In this document: positions 57,409 to 64,000 of the stretch, one piece after another | Layout: every line of letters starts with the position of its first letter | Position numbering within the stretch: position 1 is the first letter of the stretch | Sequence record: MW057919.1 | Reading direction: 5' to 3' (one strand) | DNA length: 64,000 nucleotides | Translations under genes and position numbers: made by a program | The notes under the pieces: generated by a model | What the model was told of the DNA's origin: nothing | Seen by the model: only the letters and a program-made list of their open reading frames with translations | The model's database searches: none

Positions 57409-58239
57409 ATGGATATTATCGAGAGAGATGTAGGTGCTAATATTCCTATTAGCATTGGAACTTCTTTTGCTCTCGAAGGGCTTATAGGAACACATCCACA
57501 AAAGCCTAGACAACCAACTGATGTTAAGTCTATTAAAGAAATATGGATTAATGTCCGTACTCTTGCAAGAAATATGTGGCAGGCTATGAAGTCTGAACAA
57601 CAAACTAATATTAACTTGGTTGCAGCAGTCGATGTTTTATTTCAAGAAGCACAAACAATCCCGGTTGCTTTACGGCAATCGGGGATAAAAGCAACTGTAA
57701 AATATTACATTACTGGTCGAGATGCAGTGAAGTGGTTATTCCCTAAAGCTACATTTAAAGTATCACGAACACCGCAACAATTAGCTTATGATGTTTATGA
57801 ACGATTTGTATCAATTGAACTATACCAGAAGTTAAAAGATACAGATTTAACTACAATGGAAATATCTAATAAACCTCCTAAGGTTGAAGGTACTGTTTTA
57901 TTATTAACCCATTTCCCACATGAACTATTATGGAAACCCCATTTTAATAGGCTTCTTTTATTGGAATCCCATACGGGTAAAATAAAGACATACAACATGT
58001 GGTATACTAAACTAAATGGTTTAAAAGAAGATACTCCATTTCCTTTTACATCATTTGCTATACAGATATTTGGCGATAAACAATTACTTGAACCACAAGA
58101 CAAAGCTATCCGTGCGCAATTAAAACAATTGGCACAATCTAGAAAATGGACAGGATTAACAACACCAGATAAAGTTCATCATGACATTACTGCTTATGGT
58201 TCTAAAGAGTTAAAAGAAGCATACAAGAAATTCAAATAG
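57409..58239 (+). CDS. Conserved core protein, possible degenerate PIN/5'-3' exonuclease fold
   Basis: 276 aa; EIWINVRTLARN and VLLLTHFPHELL echo LxIDxxNxxxR and VxIxSxDxDLL by eye. Confidence 0.6.
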   Translation: MDIIERDVGANIPISIGTSFALEGLIGTHPQKPRQPTDVKSIKEIWINVRTLARNMWQAMKSEQQTNINLVAAVDVLFQEAQTIPVALRQSGIKATVKYYITGRDAVKWLFPKATFKVSRTPQQLAYDVYERFVSIELYQKLKDTDLTTMEISNKPPKVEGTVLLLTHFPHELLWKPHFNRLLLLESHTGKIKTYNMWYTKLNGLKEDTPFPFTSFAIQIFGDKQLLEPQDKAIRAQLKQLAQSRKWTGLTTPDKVHHDITAYGSKELKEAYKKFK

Positions 58240-58325
58240 AAGAAATACTTGTTGCGATAATATTACGTAGAAATCATTTCACATCTAGTTAAAAGAATCT
58301 AGTTTTAATTTGGAGTTATCACATC

Positions 58326-59066
58326 ATGTCACAACAGCAGCCTAATGCACCCGTAGTTAACCCTTTTAATGTAATGAATACTTGGCTACATGCCAAACCA
58401 TGCGAGGGTTCTCAAAAACGACCGACGCTACGATTTGGTCTGTTTAAAAACCAACCACGGATTACTGTTCGTACTAATGTACCTGGTGATAAAGACCATG
58501 GTAAAATTGAGTTCAATACTGACCTAGCAACCTTTGCATGTTTCATTAAGTTTGCAATGGACTTAATTGAAGGTAAAACTGAAGATACTGAACGTGTCTT
58601 TGTTTACCGTAATAACTTCGTAGCTGGTAAGAAGCGTGATAATTTTATTGAGCTTTCTAAGCTACATGTTGGCCGTGCACAAGATGGTCGAATTTACATC
58701 GCAGTGCTAAGCACTCAACCAGATCGTCCAAAGATCAAATTCTTCTTTGGCCCGTCCCAATTCCATGATATTCGCAAAGCAGATGGTAGTCAGCTATCAC
58801 CTAAGGAAATGTCTGATGCTTATGCATACGGTTTCCTAGACCCCGCATATAAACTAGTAATGCATCTTCTAGTAACTGAATTCGATCCAGATGCTAAAGG
58901 TGTATCTAACCCTGCTAATTTCAACCAGGGTAATGGTAATAGCGGTGGTTACAATAATGGTGGTCAGCGCAATAACTATAACAATGGCGGCAATAATAGT
59001 TATGCTAAGCCGGCTAATAATAGTTATAATGACTCAGCTTTTGATGAGGATATGCCTTCCTTCTAA
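58326..59066 (+). CDS. chmC: Nucleus-associated RNA-binding protein ChmC/Imp6 (gp67-like)
   Basis: 246 aa; beta-rich core and N/G-rich disordered C-terminal tail; directly upstream of gp68 as in related phages. Confidence 0.75.
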   Translation: MSQQQPNAPVVNPFNVMNTWLHAKPCEGSQKRPTLRFGLFKNQPRITVRTNVPGDKDHGKIEFNTDLATFACFIKFAMDLIEGKTEDTERVFVYRNNFVAGKKRDNFIELSKLHVGRAQDGRIYIAVLSTQPDRPKIKFFFGPSQFHDIRKADGSQLSPKEMSDAYAYGFLDPAYKLVMHLLVTEFDPDAKGVSNPANFNQGNGNSGGYNNGGQRNNYNNGGNNSYAKPANNSYNDSAFDEDMPSF

Positions 59067-59150
59067 AACATATTTCGGTGCTTACTCTCGAAGTAGGCAC
59101 CGATATGCCCTCAGTACTAAATGCCGTTATACTAAAAAAAATTTGAGATC

Positions 59151-59158
59151 TATATTAC
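59151..59158 (+). promoter_or_regulatory. Early promoter TATATTAC for the gp68-gp70 block
   Basis: AAAAAAAATTTGAGATCTATATTAC, nearly identical to the chmA promoter. Confidence 0.85.
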
Positions 59159-59191
59159 TAACATGTATCTACATTGGTAAAAGAGGTTAAA

Positions 59192-60757
59192 ATGCAAATC
59201 ATCGTTACAGGAGTTCAAGGTACTGGTTTTACTGAAGTGGCTACAGAACACAATGGTAAACGTTTAACTTGGACAACTACGGCTTATAGTAAAATCCGTG
59301 TACAAGATCAACAACGAGTATTCCAAGAAATCAATGATTATTGGAGTGGCCTAAGTGCTGAGGCACAACAACATATCTGGAATTGTTATGTAGAAATTCG
59401 TAAGATTATGGATATGGCTATGGATCCGATGAGGATTGCAATGAGTCTATCCTATTACATCAAAGAGATGTATAAAGTCATGCCGATGAATAGTTTTCGG
59501 CGATGGCTACTAACTATTGGTAAACTTTATATTCCAGTAGATATTGAAGAAGTTATCACTGATGATTCACGATATAATCGACCAGATCAAACATATCTGA
59601 AACATGACTATATTAACCTTGCATCTGTATCACTAGCTCTTCGTCCTTTAGTACCTATTTGGGGAGAGTTTATTGATCAGGGCACTTCTCAGGAAATGCA
59701 TAAAGAATGTGAAGTAATTAGTCTCATCTCTGATTGTGAGGTTAACCATTGGCCTGTTGATGAAATATCAATTGATGGAACTCCAGTAGAAACAGCTTAT
59801 GATAAGCTAAGTGCATATGTTAAGTTTTGTGTAGAGGATGAAGCGCCCACCTTAGCCAACCTTTATAGAGGTATGAGTTCGGCTGAAGTGCCGGATATCT
59901 TACAGGCTAAAGTTATGGTTAGGCGATTAACCATCCTGCCATTAAACGATGCTACCTCACATTCCATCGTTTCAAATATGTTTAGATATGTTAAGTCAAA
60001 TCTAAACCCTGCTGAACGATCAACTGCTGACCGGGTTAATGATAAACGGCCAGATAAAGGTGGTATTGATGATGATGATAAAACATCATTTATCGAATCA
60101 CATAAAACTAAACAGCGAGTTACTCCTGGTGATATCGTAGCTTATAACTTAGATGCTCTTGATGTAGTTAAACTGGTTCACAAAATCGATGACACTGTCC
60201 CACTAGAGTTAATTCAGGAATGTCTAGATTGCGTTGCAGTTACAGCTACTAAAGATATCTATCCACACCAGATATTACTTGCACAATGGGTGATGCACAA
60301 AGCTTTTCCTGCAAGAGCATTCAGCCACATTAATAAGAACGCAGTTAACCATTTGTTGGCAGCAGCTCAGTCACTAATGTGGCATTGGGGTTTCCAACAA
60401 GTTGCTGTATTCATGCAAGTAGAGTTGTATTATAGTGGTGAACATGCAATGTCCATTCAACCACGTAATAGTACACGTATTCAAATTAAATATAAGGATG
60501 TGATGGATGAACTTTATCCACATCAGCGACAACAACGAGCTATTAACGGTGTTCCAGTAGCACCTGTAAATATTGCGGGCATTGCTGTGCAATCTGCACA
60601 TGCATCCATTAGATCTAGTAACTGGATCTATCATGGACCCGATCGTTTATTCAAAGAAGCAGAACAGGTAACTCAGAATAAAGTCCTTGTTGTACCGGCC
60701 ACAATTAAGTCGGTGATCACCGAACTGGTAATTCATCTGGGTAAACTTAATCAGTAA
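59192..60757 (+). CDS. nvRNAP promoter-specificity (sigma-like) subunit gp68
   Basis: 521 aa from ATG 59192 (SD GAGG), MQIIVTGVQGTGFTEVATEHNGKRLTW; size and synteny match phiKZ gp68 as recalled. Confidence 0.85.
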   Translation: MQIIVTGVQGTGFTEVATEHNGKRLTWTTTAYSKIRVQDQQRVFQEINDYWSGLSAEAQQHIWNCYVEIRKIMDMAMDPMRIAMSLSYYIKEMYKVMPMNSFRRWLLTIGKLYIPVDIEEVITDDSRYNRPDQTYLKHDYINLASVSLALRPLVPIWGEFIDQGTSQEMHKECEVISLISDCEVNHWPVDEISIDGTPVETAYDKLSAYVKFCVEDEAPTLANLYRGMSSAEVPDILQAKVMVRRLTILPLNDATSHSIVSNMFRYVKSNLNPAERSTADRVNDKRPDKGGIDDDDKTSFIESHKTKQRVTPGDIVAYNLDALDVVKLVHKIDDTVPLELIQECLDCVAVTATKDIYPHQILLAQWVMHKAFPARAFSHINKNAVNHLLAAAQSLMWHWGFQQVAVFMQVELYYSGEHAMSIQPRNSTRIQIKYKDVMDELYPHQRQQRAINGVPVAPVNIAGIAVQSAHASIRSSNWIYHGPDRLFKEAEQVTQNKVLVVPATIKSVITELVIHLGKLNQ

Positions 60758-60773
60758 TAATTGAGGTAGTTCT

Positions 60774-62447
60774 ATGTTAGGTTTTAATAATTCAGCAATG
60801 GGCGGTAATACTGAAGTACAGATTGAATCATTCATTCTAGTACAAACTGGTACTTATCAACCTGAACATGTTCGACCATTTACTGTAGAGGTCACTGAGA
60901 ACTCTATTGAACGTTTAAAAGAAGCAACTAATGATGGTCGTAATCTAGGTGTTGCAGCTGTACAGCAAATTGCAGCTGATGTGATCGCACCACGTGCTCA
61001 AACTCAAGGCGAAGTCCCTATCGTCAATGGTTGGGGTGAACGCCGGTTTAGGTTCATGATGAAAGTATGGGAGAATAACCGTTTCTTTGGTAATACCCGT
61101 ACTTGCCGGATTCTATTTGGTTGCTCTGACCATTGCTCTATTAGTCCGCTTAGCAATAGTCTAGATCCTAACATGCGTATCTATTTTAATAGTGAAACTG
61201 TTATTGTAGAGCGTCAACGACCAACTGAGTTTGGTGTGGTTAAACAAGCACATATCCTAGGTTCTAACCAGATCCTTGCACCCGTCGATATCATGAGTGA
61301 TATTACTATCCCTCAGAACGGGTTTAGCATGTATACTGGAACTTCATCATATCTCCAACGGCCAGAAGATGTTTTCCAGATTCAGCAAACGATGCAAGTA
61401 GCTAAACGCATTGAATCAACTGGACTACATCAAGGTGTATTTGACCGGATCATTGATCAACGTTCCAGTGTTGGTGAAGCAGGTACTTTCCAATATTCAA
61501 ATCGCCGTGATACTTCTCCTACTCGTTATCTATCTAGTACTCTTAATGCATGGCAGCATTCTGTTAAAGAAGCTGAGATGGCTAATAATGATAACGATAA
61601 TATCTTTGGAGGTGTCTCTGATGAAGTGATGCTAGGTGATGCATCAGCTGTACTTCGAAATCAAGATATCCATTCCAATATGTTCATGCGCATTCTAAAA
61701 GAACGCTGCAATTACATGGAACGTGGCTTTGTTACACTGGCTGACCTACAACGAGTATTCCCTGAACTACTGGTTGATGGTGTAGTTAAAGCTGGTATGG
61801 ATAATGGTAATTCTCAACGCTTCGTTAACCGAGCAGAGCATTCCATGCATTGGGGTGGTGCAGATCATCACACTGTTGCAGCATCTCTACTTGCACAAGT
61901 AGTTCCAGCAATCATGATGGATAACTATTTCCGGGTAACCTCCTTTGCAATTACAAATGGACATGGAGCGAATAACTATCTATTCGAAATGCATCCAAAT
62001 GGTACCAGGAGTATCATGGATGGAATTGATATGACTCCACAGATTAATGACTTTGAACGTCGTCTTATTACCGATGCGATTAACAGTATCTCTTATGGTA
62101 ACCAGATTCCGTTTAAAATTTCCATGCACTCTGACTTAGCTGGTGATACTGTTATTGATATCAGTCTAAATCATGAATCGGTAGAACGATTCATCGCACC
62201 GACCTTCATTGATAGTCTGTTTAGTCCAGTCATTACTCGGGATGCATCTGCACCGGCTATGATCTCTAATGACCTTACCTATCTTGTTAAGAATGTTATC
62301 CCAACTAAGACTCAACAAAACATTCTAAACAGTAGTGGTCAGCCGGTTAACATGCAACCGTATCAACATCCTGTAGCTCAACCTGCTCAAATCAATCCTA
62401 AATTTGGTGATAACAATGCCTACGATTTCTCTTTCCAAGTTCTATAG
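60774..62447 (+). CDS. picA: Nuclear protein import factor PicA/Imp1 (gp69)
   Basis: 557 aa immediately after gp68; SD GAGGT; synteny. Confidence 0.78.
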   Translation: MLGFNNSAMGGNTEVQIESFILVQTGTYQPEHVRPFTVEVTENSIERLKEATNDGRNLGVAAVQQIAADVIAPRAQTQGEVPIVNGWGERRFRFMMKVWENNRFFGNTRTCRILFGCSDHCSISPLSNSLDPNMRIYFNSETVIVERQRPTEFGVVKQAHILGSNQILAPVDIMSDITIPQNGFSMYTGTSSYLQRPEDVFQIQQTMQVAKRIESTGLHQGVFDRIIDQRSSVGEAGTFQYSNRRDTSPTRYLSSTLNAWQHSVKEAEMANNDNDNIFGGVSDEVMLGDASAVLRNQDIHSNMFMRILKERCNYMERGFVTLADLQRVFPELLVDGVVKAGMDNGNSQRFVNRAEHSMHWGGADHHTVAASLLAQVVPAIMMDNYFRVTSFAITNGHGANNYLFEMHPNGTRSIMDGIDMTPQINDFERRLITDAINSISYGNQIPFKISMHSDLAGDTVIDISLNHESVERFIAPTFIDSLFSPVITRDASAPAMISNDLTYLVKNVIPTKTQQNILNSSGQPVNMQPYQHPVAQPAQINPKFGDNNAYDFSFQVL

Positions 62448-63795
62448 TGATCAAGTATTACCTGCTTTCCGATACAAAGTAGGTGAAGAGGATATGATCA
62501 GTATTCTCGATCCACTTGGTCGACCTGCACCTGCAAAGGTAGATGGTAAGCGACTAGTGGTACCTACTAAAGATTGGCTTCGTAAAGGGCTAGGCGATGA
62601 TTACATCGCCTTCCACCCGCTATCTGAAAAGATCTCTCGGCTAGGTACTTCTCAAGTACTACAGCATATGCAGCGTCAAGTTAAGGCTAATCTAATGTTT
62701 ACTGTGAAGTATCTTACTTCACGTATTTTAGAAGTAGCTGCCGACTCCACTCTGCATAAAGACATTCCACCAGAATGTTCAGACTTCCTAAAGAAACTAT
62801 CCGGTGCTAAGCCAGATACCATTGAGTGGTTTAATAAGGTTGTCAAAGCTGCTGAAAAACGTTCACGTTTTGTAAGCGTGTATCTAAAAGCAAATGGTAA
62901 ATTTGATGGGAAGACAGTTAACCGTATCTGCGTTATTCGGTTCCCTATCGTAGAGGATCTTTATTCTAAAGATGATATCCTTGGAGTAAATGTACCTAAG
63001 AAACAGCGGCCAGTTCTAATCGAACTATTTAAACTAGTTGTACCATTTGGTGATTCACCAACTGAATATTCAGCAGGAACAGTTGAGCGGGTAGCACCTT
63101 ATTTTGTATGTCTTATCCAGGCATTTAACAAAATCACTACTCAACTAAATAGTGTTATTGATAAGTATCGCCTGATCTTCGATGATGCTATTCAACCTTA
63201 TTCAAAAGTTGATGAGAAGGTGATTGCTGATTTTGCAAAGATGCAACGTGAGATCCCCTCTCTTGATGGTAATGAAGGAGTCAGCAATGAAGTAGAAGAA
63301 GAAGCTTCTGAAACTGTAAACCCAGTTGCCCAAATTCCTGTCCAGAAAAAGGATAGTGTAGTTAAAGTGGGTAATACTGCTAAAGAACAAACTACTTCTA
63401 CACGTGTACCAGTAGGCACAACTGTGAATGTTAATCCATCTATGAGTCAAGCTGTAGCAATGACTCAGGCACCTCAACGTCCCGCACAACAAGTTCAAAC
63501 TAGCAATAAAGCATCTATCCAAGATCTTCTAAACGCTGGGCAGAAAAACCAATTTGCTCAACCCGGAATGATGCAACAACCTGTTATGATGAACAATAAC
63601 TTTGCAATGCCTGGGATGATGCAGCCACAGCAGCCAATGATGGCTAATATGCATCCGCAAATGATGCAACTCATGGGCAATCAAATGCCGATGGGTGGTG
63701 GATTTGCACAAGCACTAAACCCCGCTCTAGCTGGTAATGGTAACACCGCGATGATGAATCTAGGTGGAAACCAAATGATGGGTCGTCTACTGTAA
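62416..63795 (+). CDS. Conserved nucleus-block protein (gp70-like) with Met/Gln/Pro-rich C-terminal low-complexity domain
   Basis: 459 aa from ATG 62416; tail QPGMMQQPVMMNNNFAMPGMMQPQQPMMANMHPQMMQLMGNQMPMGGG. Confidence 0.85.
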   Translation: MPTISLSKFYSDQVLPAFRYKVGEEDMISILDPLGRPAPAKVDGKRLVVPTKDWLRKGLGDDYIAFHPLSEKISRLGTSQVLQHMQRQVKANLMFTVKYLTSRILEVAADSTLHKDIPPECSDFLKKLSGAKPDTIEWFNKVVKAAEKRSRFVSVYLKANGKFDGKTVNRICVIRFPIVEDLYSKDDILGVNVPKKQRPVLIELFKLVVPFGDSPTEYSAGTVERVAPYFVCLIQAFNKITTQLNSVIDKYRLIFDDAIQPYSKVDEKVIADFAKMQREIPSLDGNEGVSNEVEEEASETVNPVAQIPVQKKDSVVKVGNTAKEQTTSTRVPVGTTVNVNPSMSQAVAMTQAPQRPAQQVQTSNKASIQDLLNAGQKNQFAQPGMMQQPVMMNNNFAMPGMMQPQQPMMANMHPQMMQLMGNQMPMGGGFAQALNPALAGNGNTAMMNLGGNQMMGRLL

Positions 63796-63804
63796 CACGG
63801 CATA

Positions 63805-63830
63805 AACCAGGGGGCCTAAGGGTCCCCTGG
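63805..63830. terminator. Hairpin between convergent genes
   Basis: CCAGGGG(G)CC-TAAG-GGTCCCCTGG. Confidence 0.7.
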
Positions 63831-63836
63831 CTTGCT

Positions 63837-64000
63837 TTAAAACTTTTTAGTTTGATATAAGCTAACGAGGTGTTGAATCATGTCGTTATTCGGTATGATT
63901 AAATAGCTGGTGTAATCATTAGCTGAAGGATCCCTTAGAACTTTACCAAAATCATAAGGGCTAACTAAACCATTAACACGCATTTGAATCCACCACATAT
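63837..64000 (-). CDS. 3' end of a minus-strand gene cut by the window edge; T4 gp53-like baseplate motif
   Basis: Manual translation ...MWWIQMRVNGLVSPYDFGKVLRDP...YQTKKF*; WW.....N....P..F resembles the gp53 LYWIILM.N...DP pattern. Confidence 0.45.
   Translation of the reverse strand, partial: MWWIQMRVNGLVSPYDFGKVLRDPSANDYTSYLIIPNNDMIQHLVSLYQTKKF

Overview
This window is part of a phiKZ-like (Phikzvirus/Chimalliviridae, nucleus-forming) Pseudomonas jumbo phage genome, roughly syntenic with phiKZ gp1-gp70. The gp numbers are recalled from memory and from gene order; no database search was run. About 0-2 kb: a possible chmB and DHFR. About 2-14 kb: an accessory early region of small genes with repeated promoter cassettes and GC-richer codon usage. 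About 14-31 kb: terminase large subunit, virion/baseplate genes, tail sheath and tube, interleaved with AT-rich early cassettes. About 32-35 kb: Dip, PhuZ tubulin and a CX5R phosphatase. About 42-64 kb: core nucleus and transcription block with a family-B DNA polymerase subunit, chimallin (chmA), an nvRNAP beta-prime-type subunit, an SbcD-like nuclease, ChmC/Imp6, gp68 and PicA/Imp1. Two observations stand out. (1) An ORF-free, densely base-paired RNA of about 370 nt follows the chmA stop codon. (2) The nvRNAP subunit gene is split by two closely related, endonuclease-less group I introns around a 108-nt micro-exon, and splicing restores RN|PTLQRG and the catalytic N|ADFDGD motif. Other notable items are a bL12-CTD-like early protein, a family of hairpins ending in TATG, two candidate translational RNA switches, and low-complexity tails on nucleus-associated proteins. 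No tRNA, rRNA or CRISPR array was seen.
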